Counted from the first letter of the stretch, positions 17,141 to 27,888 are shown. The stretch is DNA of 64,000 nucleotides from Candidatus Omnitrophota bacterium (GCA_041651035.1 JBAZKC010000001.1:62871-126870); one strand, 5' to 3'. Notes: generated by a model not told the origin, from the letters alone. Numbers and translations are program-made.

Positions 17141-18904
17141 TTACGCTAGGGGGATGGTAAAACTAAAGGTCGAACCAAGGCCGAGTTCTGATTTAACCCA
17201 GACCTGGCCTTCGTGGGAAGAAACGATGTGTTTGACAATGGACAATCCAAGGCCTGTACCGCCGAGCTCGCGGGAGCGGGCTTTGTCTACGCGGTAGAAT
17301 CGTTCAAATATGCGGGGAAGATCCTGTTCTGAAATGCCTATCCCGGTATCCGTAACATCAATCTGCAAGGCGCTGCCGGCTGCCTTAACAGATACAGTTA
17401 CCAGGCCTCCTTCAGTAGTATATTTTATGGCATTATCCAGGAGATTGATCATTACCTGAAGAAGCCGCGCTTCATCCGCCTTGATCTTAGGAAGCCCTGA
17501 AGGTATGTTTAACTTTAACGTGATTGACTTCGCCTTAGCCTGACTCTCTATAACTGCTGCAACCCGTTTTATAAACGCAGCAGGCTCAAGCGCTACAAAA
17601 GACATCTTTAATTTCCCGGATTCTATTTTGGACAAATCCAGGAGATCATTGATCAACTGGCTGAGGCGGTTTGAATCCTGATAAATAATATTTATGAATT
17701 CTTTGGCGTTATCCTTATCCTCAAGAGCGCCTTCTAAAAGAGTTTCAGCGTAACCCTTAATGCTGGATATGGGAGTACGTAATTCATGGGATACATTGGC
17801 GACAAAATCCTGCCTTATCTTCTCAAGGCGCCTTAATTCGGTAATATCATGGAAGACCAATATCGCCCCTTCAAGTTTATTGTTACGCATGATCGGCACG
17901 CCGTTTACTTTAAGGATCTTTTCCTCTGGCGTATTGACAGCAATTTCTTCGGTCGCAAGATGCTGCTTTCCTTTCAAGATCCTATCCACCATTTCCCCTA
18001 TGGCGCTGTTCCTAATGACCTCAAGCGGTTTCTTTCCTTCGGGGCTTGAATCCAAAAGAAAGAATTTCCTTAAAGAAGGATTCATTAAGATGATCCTCTC
18101 CTTCTCATCAATGACAATGACTCCTTCAAACATGCTTGATAAAACCAGATCCAGTTTTGCCCGTTCAGAATTTATATTCTCAATCTTGTCTTTTATCTCC
18201 TCCGACATAGTGTTTAACGCCCGGGCAAGCTCGCCAATCTCATCCCGTGCACGAATGGATACTTTCCTGGAAAAATCTCCTTGCGCCATGGCTTTGGCAA
18301 TTGAGGACATCTGGCTAAGCGGACGCGATACGGATACAGACACCAGGACAGTTAAGCCAAGACTTAGCAGTAAAATGACTAGAGCGCTCGCCCCCACCAC
18401 CCTGCGCATCCCTGCCTCAAGCAGATCTATATCACGCAGCGGGACAGAAAACCGTAATAGGCCTCCTGATTTATCTTTACCGAAAGGAAGCGCCATATAA
18501 AGCATATCTTTCTTAACGGTGTAACTAAAACGCTTGCTTATACCCAAACCCTTGACTATGGCTTCTTTGATTTCAGGCCTGTTGGCGTGATTCTCAACAG
18601 TAAGCAGCTGCTCTCTAGTTAAATCCGTATCGCCCAATATTTTCCCATCCAGGCCGATAATAGTCGCGCGCAAGTCCAGTGTTTTACCCATTTTTACCGC
18701 AAACTGCTGAAAATCAACGGGGTCTCTTAACGATACCTCTAAAAAGTCTTTACTTAAGGAAAGCTGATGCTTGATATTATTTACGGCGCTGTCTTCAACG
18801 TAGGGCTTAAGGTGGGTAACCAGATAAAAGTATCCGGTTGAAACGGCTAAAATAAGGATAAAGCAAAAAACAAAAGCCAGTTTCCAGTGTAGTTTAATCC
18901 TCAT
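17141..18904 (-). CDS. phoR: Sensor histidine kinase PhoR-like (TM, HAMP/PAS, HisKA, HATPase)
   Basis: 587 aa. H-box HELRTPISSIKGYAETL and G-boxes DTGIGI / GGTGLGLSI. Overlaps phoB. Confidence 0.8.
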   Translation of the reverse strand: MRIKLHWKLAFVFCFILILAVSTGYFYLVTHLKPYVEDSAVNNIKHQLSLSKDFLEVSLRDPVDFQQFAVKMGKTLDLRATIIGLDGKILGDTDLTREQLLTVENHANRPEIKEAIVKGLGISKRFSYTVKKDMLYMALPFGKDKSGGLLRFSVPLRDIDLLEAGMRRVVGASALVILLLSLGLTVLVSVSVSRPLSQMSSIAKAMAQGDFSRKVSIRARDEIGELARALNTMSEEIKDKIENINSERAKLDLVLSSMFEGVIVIDEKERIILMNPSLRKFFLLDSSPEGKKPLEVIRNSAIGEMVDRILKGKQHLATEEIAVNTPEEKILKVNGVPIMRNNKLEGAILVFHDITELRRLEKIRQDFVANVSHELRTPISSIKGYAETLLEGALEDKDNAKEFINIIYQDSNRLSQLINDLLDLSKIESGKLKMSFVALEPAAFIKRVAAVIESQAKAKSITLKLNIPSGLPKIKADEARLLQVMINLLDNAIKYTTEGGLVTVSVKAAGSALQIDVTDTGIGISEQDLPRIFERFYRVDKARSRELGGTGLGLSIVKHIVSSHEGQVWVKSELGLGSTFSFTIPLA

Positions 18905-19589
18905 CTTCCTCCTTGCATCTATAACCTAATCCTCTAACCGTCTCAATCAAACGCCCCATCTTACCAAGTTTTTCCCTGAGGCGTTTGATATGGGTATCAA
19001 CAGTGCGGGTGAATACATCGGAATGGACATCCCATACATCAGAAAGCAACTGGTCACGCGACTGGATACGGCCGTTTCTCTCTATAAGAGTAACCAGGAG
19101 TTTAAATTCCATGGGAGTAAGCTCTACTTCTTTGTTATTTACCGTAACCTTGTGTTTTGGCACGTCTATCGCCAGCGCGCCCCGCTTAATAATACCTTCT
19201 GAGGCGCCTTCGGTTTTACCTCTCCTTAAAATTGCTTTTACGCGCAGCATCAGTTCGCGCGGGCTGAATGGTTTCACTACGTAATCATCCGCGCCAAGCT
19301 CTAAGCCGACTATCCTGTCCACCTCTTCGCCTTTGGCAGTAAGCATCAGAATAGGGATATTTTTAAGCCTGCTGTCCTGTTTTATTAAACGGCAGACCTC
19401 AAAACCGTCTATTTTAGGAAGCATGATGTCTAAGATGATTAAATCCGCGCTTTCCTTGCTTAACATGTCCAGCGCTTCTTCGCCGTCGCCGGCTATAGAG
19501 CAATCATAGCCGGACTTCTCCAAATTATATTTTATTAATTTAGAGATATGCTTATCATCTTCTATGGCCAGTATTTTTTCTTTGCGCAT
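18894..19589 (-). CDS. phoB: OmpR/PhoB-family response regulator
   Basis: 231 aa. Receiver domain plus a winged-helix C-terminus (...VWDVHSDVFTRTVDTHIKRLREKL). Confidence 0.85.
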   Translation of the reverse strand: MRKEKILAIEDDKHISKLIKYNLEKSGYDCSIAGDGEEALDMLSKESADLIILDIMLPKIDGFEVCRLIKQDSRLKNIPILMLTAKGEEVDRIVGLELGADDYVVKPFSPRELMLRVKAILRRGKTEGASEGIIKRGALAIDVPKHKVTVNNKEVELTPMEFKLLVTLIERNGRIQSRDQLLSDVWDVHSDVFTRTVDTHIKRLREKLGKMGRLIETVRGLGYRCKEEDED

Positions 19590-19661
19590 ATTGACCCCTG
19601 CTTTTATGCTTATTGTATCATCCCGAATTTGAATCTCAAGAACAATTGACGCGGGTGTTTT

Positions 19662-20609
19662 TTAATGCGCCGGAGATAATGTTACCGTTGCCCATAACTG
19701 AAAACCTTCTTCCGGAGATATATCCAGCCCCATCAGCCCGCCTGGAGCAGCGCGGCCGCCATCTTTACCCGCTATATCCATACCAGACATTGATATTTCT
19801 AATCCTAAACCTATCTGTTTACCCGCCTTTGTTTCTATAGCATACGGATGTTTCATTGACTTTGTAAGTGGAACTTTAAGCTCATAAACAAAATAATCAT
19901 TTTCCTGCCCTACTTTCGCCTCAATGCCAAGTTTTTCAGCTTCTTCCAGAGATAACTCCTTCATAGGCCTGCCGTCATTAAAGAAGCTCCCCGGAGGGCC
20001 TTCTCTCTTCTCCAGGGCATGCCCTTCTTTACCGGCTTCTCCCGAGGGCGGCCTGCGATGTTTATATTTATCCTTAGGCTCAGCCGGACCGCTTATAATC
20101 TCCAACTTTCCCTGCAACCCTTCAAGGGTCTGGAGGCGTTTATTAAAATCCTTGTCCCTCCATCTTTCTTTTTCTCTGTCTATTAAACCGCTTTTATCTT
20201 CCTGATCCCGCCAATCCAGGCTCGCGTCCCTTTTTTTATCTTCTATGGACATTCCCATTCTTTTTAAACCAGCGGGGAAACGTATTCCGAATACTTTATT
20301 TTTTCCGGCCCCTGGATCAAACCAGGCCGTAAAACCCGATTCCATTATTTTGGTTTCTATTCCCCGGTTCCTGGTAATCAGGCAAATATATAAATAATCA
20401 TTATCATTAAGCAAATTAATAAGCACCTTTTCTTTCTCGTTGTAATATGACCCCGTGCCCGCCCAGTCCGTATATTTTCCGTCTATAGCTATCTGGCGGA
20501 GGCGCCAATCGCTGTTAAGCTCTAAACCGCTGCCGCAGCCGGACAACACTAAACAAATAAATAAAAGTAATATAGGTAATAAACAAAAGATTCGACGATT
20601 ATTTTCCAT
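19662..20609 (-). CDS. Hypothetical lipoprotein
   Basis: 315 aa. Lipobox LSGCGS and a charged K/E/R-rich middle region. No recognisable domain. Confidence 0.45.
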   Translation of the reverse strand: MENNRRIFCLLPILLLFICLVLSGCGSGLELNSDWRLRQIAIDGKYTDWAGTGSYYNEKEKVLINLLNDNDYLYICLITRNRGIETKIMESGFTAWFDPGAGKNKVFGIRFPAGLKRMGMSIEDKKRDASLDWRDQEDKSGLIDREKERWRDKDFNKRLQTLEGLQGKLEIISGPAEPKDKYKHRRPPSGEAGKEGHALEKREGPPGSFFNDGRPMKELSLEEAEKLGIEAKVGQENDYFVYELKVPLTKSMKHPYAIETKAGKQIGLGLEISMSGMDIAGKDGGRAAPGGLMGLDISPEEGFQLWATVTLSPAH

Positions 20610-21177
20610 ATAAAACCCTTAATTGTTCAACGGTCGGATGCCCGGGATAATATTCGCCTTGCGGCCCTGTATAACCATCTTTCTGTTTAACCAGCGTAAC
20701 AGCAGTATAGCTGCCGTTTGAATTAGGGACATTGATTATTACTGTTTCTCCGGATATTTTCTGTGGCTGCGTAACACTAACAGCAGGAGATACGACTACA
20801 GCACCAGTGCTTACTACAGGAGCCGAGACAACAATATATCCTGAAGGACAAACTGTATAATAGATATTATCATAATAATAGTAACTAACGCCTCCGATTA
20901 TAATAGTCCTGTACCCGGCAGGAAGAACCGTAACGATAGCCCCTACAGGAGGAACGTCAACAAGGATCTCGAATAAACCAAAGAATATTGGCCTGTAGAA
21001 CCTGCCGTCGTGATAACGATATCTTTCCTGCCTTAGTTCAATATTCTCCGGGCCCCTGCGAGGACCATCCGGCCCACCCGTGCCCGGGCGGGCAAAAGCA
21101 TTTGTTGACTGCGTAAATAAAATCAAGCTAAAACACAATGCCAGCCAAGACTTCCTAAGAACAGTTCTTTTATCCAT
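20599..21177 (-). CDS. Hypothetical secreted protein (Tyr-rich YYYYDNIYY segment)
   Basis: 192 aa with a signal peptide. No recognisable domain. Confidence 0.45.
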   Translation of the reverse strand: MDKRTVLRKSWLALCFSLILFTQSTNAFARPGTGGPDGPRRGPENIELRQERYRYHDGRFYRPIFFGLFEILVDVPPVGAIVTVLPAGYRTIIIGGVSYYYYDNIYYTVCPSGYIVVSAPVVSTGAVVVSPAVSVTQPQKISGETVIINVPNSNGSYTAVTLVKQKDGYTGPQGEYYPGHPTVEQLRVLYGK

Positions 21178-21194
21178 CTTCCGCTCCTTTTTGA

Positions 21195-23168
21195 TTATTC
21201 ATACCTTAACGCCTCAATGGGATCAAGCTGGGAGGCCTTTTGGGCAGGCCAAAGGCCAAATACTACCCCGACTATTAAGGAAAATACAGTGGCTAGAATT
21301 ACTGAAGACAAATAAATCCTGACTGACCAACCGGCTATAAGAGTTACCAATACAGCCGCGCCGCTGCCAAGCATAACGCCGGCCAGGCCGCCGATGAGCG
21401 ACATTAATACCGCCTCAATAAGGAATTGCACCATAATATCTTTATTATTGGCACCTATGGCTTTACGCAGGCCTATTTCACGCGTACGCTCAGTTACCGA
21501 TACAAGCATGATATTCATAATGCCTATGCCTCCCACTAAGAGCGAAATAGCGGCAATCGCCCCGAGCAAAAGAGACATTGTCTCGGTAGTAGATTGAAGG
21601 GTTTTCTTGATATCGGACATATTGCGGATGCGGAATGAATCCTTTTGGTCGTCGGTAATCAACCGATGCTGTTTTATAATAATTTTGCTGATTGATTCTT
21701 CAGCTGCATCGATCGTATCCGGCCCCCTTGCCTCCACATAAATAGAATCTACATATTGCTTACCGAGTACCCTGTACATAGCAGTATTTATGGGAATAAG
21801 CACTATGTCGTCCTGATCCTGCGGCCCGCTTGAACCCTTTGCCGGTAAAATACCGATGACTTTAAAATTAACTAGGTTTATCTTTATGGTTTCACCAATA
21901 GGATTAGATGCTCCAAATAGCTCCTTCACTACGGTGATACCAAGCAGGGCTACTTTGTCTCTCAATCTTACCTCTTCCTCGGTAAAAAACCTGCCGATTG
22001 TCGGCACAGCCGAACGCAACTGCGCATATTCAACTCCTACCCCTTCGATCTTGGTATTCCAGTTGTTGTTCCCGTAAACTATTTGCCCTCTCTCCGAAAC
22101 CGACGGGCTTACCCTGCTCACAGAATCATTAAGTTTCTTAATCTCTTCTACATCCTGAAGAGTCAGGCGCGTAGTTGTCCCGGACTGCAGAGCTACCCCA
22201 CCGGATCTCTGGGCGCCGGGACTGACGATAAGAAGGTTAGAACCTAACGAAGCCAACTGCTTCTCAATAGATTCTTTGGAACCCTGGCCGATTGCCAGCA
22301 TCGCGATAACCGCGGCCACGCCGATAAGTATGCCAAGGATGGATAAAAACGCGCGCGTCTTATGCGATAACATCGCCGAAACCGCTTGCTTCAGATAATC
22401 CAGGAATTCCATACCCCCTTTAGCCGCGCTTGCCGACCTTGATAAAATATTCTTTACCATATCTTCCTGAATACCGGCTCCGGACATTTTTATCTCACCG
22501 GAAACAGTCTTATCGGAAATAACCTGGCCGTCGCGCATAGTAATGATCCGCTTGGCATGCGCCGCGATCTCATTTTCATGAGTAACAACAACAATGGTTT
22601 TCCCTTTTCTGTTAAGCTCTTTTAATATGGAAATTATCTCTTCTTTACTTTTTGAATCAAGGTTCCCGGTAGGCTCGTCGGCAAAGATTACCGGTGGATC
22701 ATTAACCAGGCTTCTGGCAATTGCCACCCTTTGTTGCTGGCCTCCGGACATTTCATTCGGGCGATGGAACATCCTGTCTTTTAAACCAACTTCTTCCAGC
22801 TCTTTTGCGGCCCTTTCTTTTAAATGCTTTTTACCGGCATAAACTAAAGGAAGTTCAGCATTCTCCAAGGCTGTCATCTTCGGCAGTAAATGGAACTGCT
22901 GAAAGACAAAACCAACCAACTGGTTCCTGACTAAAGCCAGCTCCTTATCTGTAAGCCCTGTTACATCTTCGCCTCCCAAAGAATACTTTCCTGAATCCGG
23001 GCGGTCTAAAAGCCCCAGCACATGCATCAGCGTAGACTTCCCCGAACCGGAAGCGCCCATAATAGCGACAAACTCTCCGGAGGAGATCTTAAGCGACACG
23101 TCACGTAAAGCCTCCACCTTAACATCGCCCATCTGATAAGTTTTATATAAGTTTTTCGCCTCAATCAT
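21195..23168 (-). CDS. macB: MacB-type ABC exporter (fused ATPase + FtsX-like permease)
   Basis: 657 aa. N-terminal ABC ATPase ([29 protein letters not shown]), a periplasmic domain, and a C-terminal 4-TM permease. Confidence 0.85.
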   Translation of the reverse strand: MIEAKNLYKTYQMGDVKVEALRDVSLKISSGEFVAIMGASGSGKSTLMHVLGLLDRPDSGKYSLGGEDVTGLTDKELALVRNQLVGFVFQQFHLLPKMTALENAELPLVYAGKKHLKERAAKELEEVGLKDRMFHRPNEMSGGQQQRVAIARSLVNDPPVIFADEPTGNLDSKSKEEIISILKELNRKGKTIVVVTHENEIAAHAKRIITMRDGQVISDKTVSGEIKMSGAGIQEDMVKNILSRSASAAKGGMEFLDYLKQAVSAMLSHKTRAFLSILGILIGVAAVIAMLAIGQGSKESIEKQLASLGSNLLIVSPGAQRSGGVALQSGTTTRLTLQDVEEIKKLNDSVSRVSPSVSERGQIVYGNNNWNTKIEGVGVEYAQLRSAVPTIGRFFTEEEVRLRDKVALLGITVVKELFGASNPIGETIKINLVNFKVIGILPAKGSSGPQDQDDIVLIPINTAMYRVLGKQYVDSIYVEARGPDTIDAAEESISKIIIKQHRLITDDQKDSFRIRNMSDIKKTLQSTTETMSLLLGAIAAISLLVGGIGIMNIMLVSVTERTREIGLRKAIGANNKDIMVQFLIEAVLMSLIGGLAGVMLGSGAAVLVTLIAGWSVRIYLSSVILATVFSLIVGVVFGLWPAQKASQLDPIEALRYE

Positions 23169-23170
23169 TT

Positions 23171-24157
23171 TTATAGCGGACCGCTGTCCTTATTTTTTTT
23201 CGCGCTGGGCATCTTAGGTAGAAATGGATTGCTGCCTGTGCTGCTTGAAGGCAGGACGTATTTAGTGGTTGTAATGAGCAATTTATCCGAAGCTGTTATG
23301 CCTGAGAGAACTTCGTAATTCTTGTCATCCGTGATCCCCACTTCAATAACGCGCTTGAGCGGATTCTGGCTGCCTTCCTGTTTTACCAAAACATAGCTTT
23401 CGTTATTTTCTTTACGCACCGCGCTAACCGGCACAAGTAAAGCGTCTTCCTTGCCCTTAACCTTGAAATCCACTGTCGCGTTCATCCCTGAGCGGAAGAA
23501 TTCGGGTATCTTATCAGGAAGGAGGTCAACTTTATATATAGTTACATTATTTACAGTCTCTGACTCGTAATATATATGCTCAACAATGGCGTTAACTTTT
23601 ATATCCGGATACGCGTCAAGACTGATCACCGCGTTTTGATTAAGTTTGACCTTGCCTATATCTGTCTCATCAACCTGAGCCCGCACAATAAGTTTATCGG
23701 AAAGTACTACTACCGCGCTGGATGTGGTAACAGTTTGGCCTGGCTGCGTAGTAGCCACGATAACTTCTCCGTTGATCGGGGCCAATAACGCTATGGGCTT
23801 ATAAACTTCCTTCCAGTATTTTAACTGTTCTTCTCCTTTGCCGCTTGCTGAATCAAGGAGTGCTGCCCTTTCCGTAGAACTCATCCAGGCTAAAGTCTGC
23901 CCGGTTTTCACGTTATCACCCTCTTTAACCAGAATACTTTCCACGCGGCCGTTGACCGGAGGCATTATTTCAAGGCGGTTCTTGGGGTAAACTGTACCAG
24001 TAGCTGAAATAACCTCCCATATAGGCCCCTTCGCAAGGCCGATCTCGCTTAGCACTTCCGAAGTACCTTGGCCTCCCTTTATTTTTATCATAACTAAAAT
24101 AGAAACAGCCGCCAATATCAATATAATAACAAAAAGGAACTTTATTTTTTTAGTCAT
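23171..24157 (-). CDS. macA: Periplasmic adaptor (HlyD/MacA family membrane fusion protein)
   Basis: 328 aa. N-terminal TM, coiled-coil and beta-barrel pattern. Sits between the TolC-like and MacB genes. Confidence 0.7.
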   Translation of the reverse strand: MTKKIKFLFVIILILAAVSILVMIKIKGGQGTSEVLSEIGLAKGPIWEVISATGTVYPKNRLEIMPPVNGRVESILVKEGDNVKTGQTLAWMSSTERAALLDSASGKGEEQLKYWKEVYKPIALLAPINGEVIVATTQPGQTVTTSSAVVVLSDKLIVRAQVDETDIGKVKLNQNAVISLDAYPDIKVNAIVEHIYYESETVNNVTIYKVDLLPDKIPEFFRSGMNATVDFKVKGKEDALLVPVSAVRKENNESYVLVKQEGSQNPLKRVIEVGITDDKNYEVLSGITASDKLLITTTKYVLPSSSTGSNPFLPKMPSAKKNKDSGPL

Positions 24158-25520
24158 ATTCTAACGTTTCTCCTTTCGCCTGGATCCAGCCTGCCTCAGC
24201 CAGTAGCGCATTCGCCCGGGCATTTAAATACGTGTTCTTCTGTTTCACTAAATTATCCTCAATAATAGTCCAATTATCAAAAGTGATAAAGCCTATGGAA
24301 TATTCCGCCTGGGCGATCCTGGAACGCTCTTCTGTAGCGATCAGGGTTTTATATTGCACATCCACATTGGCAATCGTATCCTGGAGATCAGCCCATTTCT
24401 GCTCTAATGTCAGGACGATACTGTCTCTGGTGCTTCTTTCATTTTCCTTAAGCTGGTTTAAGTAGGCCTTAGCTTGGGAGACCTGCGCTGACCTTAGCCC
24501 TCCTTCAAATATAGGCAAGGATAACGTAAGCCCCAAGTTCCATTGATCACCCTCCGGTGACCAATGTGTACCGGCCTTATTAGCTCCTGCCGCTCCTGAA
24601 AGCGTAGGATAAAAATCCGCGTAGGCTGCTTTTAAACTAAATTGTGCCGCATTTGCCTGGGCAATAATCTGCTGTAATGACGGGTTATTCTTGGCTATGG
24701 TTTCAAAATCCGGTTTCGCTTTTGCGGTATCGCTCACCTTAAAATCTCCTTTTACTGTCATCGGAGAGAATTTTATCCGGCCCATCTCCTTTATAAGCTG
24801 CCGCTGGCTAACTTCAACGCTTCTTTGAGCTTGAAGTATCTGGTATTGCGCGTCAGCTAAATCCGCCTCGGCCGTTAACAAAGCGCCCTTATGTTCCAGG
24901 CCTGATTCATATCTTAAGGTGATCAATTCAAGATTACTTCTCCTGATATCATATATCTGCTGCGTGATCTTGAGTAATTCCTGAACCTTCAACAAACTGA
25001 TGTAGGCGCTACGCAACCTATACCTTACCGTAGCCGAAGTATACTTGAAATTCTGCTTTGAGGCATTTATATTCTCTGCCGCGGCCTTGACATTGCTTAT
25101 TGTTTTCGTGCCGTCAAATATAAGCTGCGTGCCGGTTAAGCCATAACCATAAGAATCAGCAACTGAGCTGCCCGCGCTGGAGCCGCTAGAATCCGTCCTG
25201 CCTGTTGAGGCGGTCAGGTCAGCGTCAACTTGAGGATAAAGCGTACTAGCAGTAATCTTTTTAGCAGCTTCGGATTGTTTCACTTCCTCTTGGGCAGCGA
25301 TCAGATCAGGATGGTTTTTTGCCGCTTCCTTAATACACTCCTGCCAGGTAAGGGTTTCTTCGGCTATCGCGGGATTATAAGCAATAAATACGAAAAGTGG
25401 GATTATGAAATATACCTTAAAATACCTAAGCATAATTATATTAAGCCTTTTTTGATAATTCATTTTCTGACCTGAGATAATTTTATATACAACCAGGTGG
25501 AGAGATACGCATCTTTCCAC
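24150..25520 (-). CDS. TolC-family outer membrane efflux protein
   Basis: 456 aa with a signal peptide and two OEP repeats with coiled-coil heptads. Confidence 0.7.
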   Translation of the reverse strand: MERCVSLHLVVYKIISGQKMNYQKRLNIIMLRYFKVYFIIPLFVFIAYNPAIAEETLTWQECIKEAAKNHPDLIAAQEEVKQSEAAKKITASTLYPQVDADLTASTGRTDSSGSSAGSSVADSYGYGLTGTQLIFDGTKTISNVKAAAENINASKQNFKYTSATVRYRLRSAYISLLKVQELLKITQQIYDIRRSNLELITLRYESGLEHKGALLTAEADLADAQYQILQAQRSVEVSQRQLIKEMGRIKFSPMTVKGDFKVSDTAKAKPDFETIAKNNPSLQQIIAQANAAQFSLKAAYADFYPTLSGAAGANKAGTHWSPEGDQWNLGLTLSLPIFEGGLRSAQVSQAKAYLNQLKENERSTRDSIVLTLEQKWADLQDTIANVDVQYKTLIATEERSRIAQAEYSIGFITFDNWTIIEDNLVKQKNTYLNARANALLAEAGWIQAKGETLEYD

Positions 25521-25552
25521 CTGGTTAAACTAATATATGATACTCATTACTC

Positions 25553-26056
25553 TTAAGGCAGAGGAACTTCTTCGCCTGGACCCGGACCATACCCTTTCTC
25601 CGGACCGCGTCTCCCTTCCGGACCCCTGGACCCACCACAACCTTTCTTGAATTCACTCAACAACGCCTTGAACTTCTCCTGCTGCTGAGGAGTAAGAATA
25701 CTCATGATCTGGTTGTCGCCTTTGTTTTTAATCTCGGCCATAGTGCCACGAATACTCTTGCCCACCTCTTCGATATCCTGCCGTGCTTTCTCTAATATTT
25801 CAGCAACTTTTGCTCTCTGTTCTCCGTTAAGATCCAGCTTGACCGATAGCATATCAATGAGACTGCCGCGGCCTGCCCTCTCTCCGTGCTGCCTTGGGCC
25901 ATACCCCATAAAACGTTCCGCCTTTTCCGCGAACCTCGGCCTTCCCAGGCCAAGACATGGCAGGCCTCTCTTATTAGCTACTCCTGCCCCAACCAATACT
26001 CCTGCTAAAACACACAAAACACCGAATACTGCCAAATACACCGTGTTCTTATTCAT
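25553..26056 (-). CDS. Spy/CpxP-family periplasmic protein (LTxxQ motif)
   Basis: 167 aa. N-terminal TM/signal, an LTPQQQEKF motif, and a Gly/Pro-rich tail. Immediately downstream of an ECF sigma/anti-sigma pair. Confidence 0.5.
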   Translation of the reverse strand: MNKNTVYLAVFGVLCVLAGVLVGAGVANKRGLPCLGLGRPRFAEKAERFMGYGPRQHGERAGRGSLIDMLSVKLDLNGEQRAKVAEILEKARQDIEEVGKSIRGTMAEIKNKGDNQIMSILTPQQQEKFKALLSEFKKGCGGSRGPEGRRGPEKGYGPGPGEEVPLP

Positions 26057-26083
26057 GTGATCACCTCCTTCTTCACTTATTTT

Positions 26084-26530
26084 CTAGACTCCCGCTCCCA
26101 ATATCAACCCTAAAGCGATCTCTGTTGTCGTTTGAGTCCCGCTTAATATATGCTCCTCTAGTGAATATTTGTCTACAGTCTGGCTGGAACTTAAAATCAG
26201 CAATATTATTGATAATGCGACCGCGGCAACAGGGACAGGAATAAGCCTGCGCGAAAGATTACCTATGCCGGTAAACCAGGAGAGCTTTTCTTCCGCGAGC
26301 CGCTCATCGGCAATCTCTTCCTTCAAACGATAAACCAGATAATCCTGCGGCAGGAACTTACGTTCCTTTTCCAGAATAAGCTTCTTAACCCGGCTAAGTT
26401 CCGATAGTTCCTTCTTGCAAAAAGAGCAGCTATCCAAATGTTCCTTAACCAAAGCGGCATCGGCAGCGCTGTCTATCTCATTATCAAGATACCCGGATAA
26501 TAATCTTTTTATCTTAGCGCAACTCTTCAT
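26084..26530 (-). CDS. Anti-sigma factor (zf-HC2/ZAS type, single TM)
   Basis: 148 aa with HLDSCSFCKK and a TM helix near the C-terminus. Translationally coupled to the ECF sigma gene. Confidence 0.6.
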   Translation of the reverse strand: MKSCAKIKRLLSGYLDNEIDSAADAALVKEHLDSCSFCKKELSELSRVKKLILEKERKFLPQDYLVYRLKEEIADERLAEEKLSWFTGIGNLSRRLIPVPVAAVALSIILLILSSSQTVDKYSLEEHILSGTQTTTEIALGLILGAGV

Positions 26531-27087
26531 ATCTGTCCCTCTCCTAGTTTTAACAGTTCCCCTTTAAGAAACTGCCTGGCGCGATAAATTCTTGATTCTA
26601 CCGTACCGATACTGCAACACAACACTCTGGATATTTCCAGATAACTCAAGCCTTCTATATCTTTAAGAACTACTGCGGCCCGGTATTTAACAGGAATACT
26701 GCCCAAGGCCTTCTGGACAATCGCTACCCTTTCTTTAGCCAGCAAGGCTTCCTGAGGGCATCCATAAGCAGCAGCGCTTTTGGCAAGAGCCCCCTCATCG
26801 TTGATAAAATTCTTTCTTTTGCGCAGGAAATCATAAGCGGTATTTACGACAATACGGTAAAGCCAGGTCGAAAACCGGCAGCGCTGTTTAAAAGAACTTA
26901 AGCTATGGTAAACTTTCAAAAATGCCTCCTGCGCGATATCTTCACTCTCTTTGTCTTGCCCGATAAGCGAATAAACGATATTCAAGGCCCTGTCCTGGTA
27001 TTTCCTGACCAATATCTCAAACCCTTTTTCTTCCCCGCCAAGAAATTGCTCTACATAAACTAAATCTTCATCCATCTGGCTTTTCAT
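26527..27087 (-). CDS. ECF sigma factor (sigma-70 family, RpoE-like)
   Basis: 186 aa. Region 2 (FSTWLYRIVVNTAYDFLRKRK) and region 4 (LSYLEISRVLCCSIGTVESRIYRARQ). Confidence 0.85.
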   Translation of the reverse strand: MKSQMDEDLVYVEQFLGGEEKGFEILVRKYQDRALNIVYSLIGQDKESEDIAQEAFLKVYHSLSSFKQRCRFSTWLYRIVVNTAYDFLRKRKNFINDEGALAKSAAAYGCPQEALLAKERVAIVQKALGSIPVKYRAAVVLKDIEGLSYLEISRVLCCSIGTVESRIYRARQFLKGELLKLGEGQI

Positions 27088-27138
27088 ATATTAGACGTTA
27101 AAATCAGACATTTATTCCAAATTATTTAAAGAAAAGGA

Positions 27139-27888
27139 TCACGTTTCCAGCCTATTAAAAAGATACGTCCCTATCATGCCTAAGGCGGCGATCCCCACAG
27201 CCAAAACCAAAATATCCAGCAGCAAGACAAATTCCGCCTTCCCCCCAAAAGCATACTTTAACAAGTCTATGCAATAAGTGACCGGATTAGCTCTTGCCAG
27301 TACTCTGATAATCCCCGGGAAATTCTTGATGGGAAATAACGCGCCGGATAAAAAAAACATCGGCATAACTAAAAGGTTCATTATGGTTGGAAAAGACTGC
27401 ATATCGTCAAATTTTGAAGCAAGGCTCGTGCCTAAAAGACTGAACAAAAGCGCCATCAGGAACATAAGTATAACCGCCGGCGCAAATAACGCCCAGTTAA
27501 AGATCCTAAAACCCATCAGGCAACCAACAGCAATTACAATTAACCCCTGGAATGTGCTTATGGTGGCACCCCCCAGGCATCTGCCGAACAACAGGCTCGT
27601 TCTTGATACCGGGGCTACCAGGGTCTCTTTTAAGAAACCAAATTGTTTATCCCAGATCAAAGACATCCCGTTCATTACGGAACTAAATAAAATCGTCATT
27701 CCCACTATGCCGGGAGTTAAATATTGTATGTAATTACCATCACCAGCTTGTTTAAATGTCGGGCTCAGGCCGAAACCAAGAGTAACCAAGAATAATATCG
27801 GCTGGGCAAGGGTACCGGCCATTCTTTGTTTATTCCTGAGATACTCCTTAATCTGCCTTTCCCACATGACCATTAGCGCGCTATTCAT
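27139..27888 (-). CDS. ABC-2 type transporter permease
   Basis: 249 aa, 6 TM. Coupled to the upstream ABC ATPase gene. Confidence 0.7.
   Translation of the reverse strand: MNSALMVMWERQIKEYLRNKQRMAGTLAQPILFLVTLGFGLSPTFKQAGDGNYIQYLTPGIVGMTILFSSVMNGMSLIWDKQFGFLKETLVAPVSRTSLLFGRCLGGATISTFQGLIVIAVGCLMGFRIFNWALFAPAVILMFLMALLFSLLGTSLASKFDDMQSFPTIMNLLVMPMFFLSGALFPIKNFPGIIRVLARANPVTYCIDLLKYAFGGKAEFVLLLDILVLAVGIAALGMIGTYLFNRLET

Noticed and set aside
17760-18500. 246-aa plus-strand ORF inside phoR
   Set aside because: Antisense to a histidine kinase with intact H/N/G boxes. Ser-rich translation without motifs.
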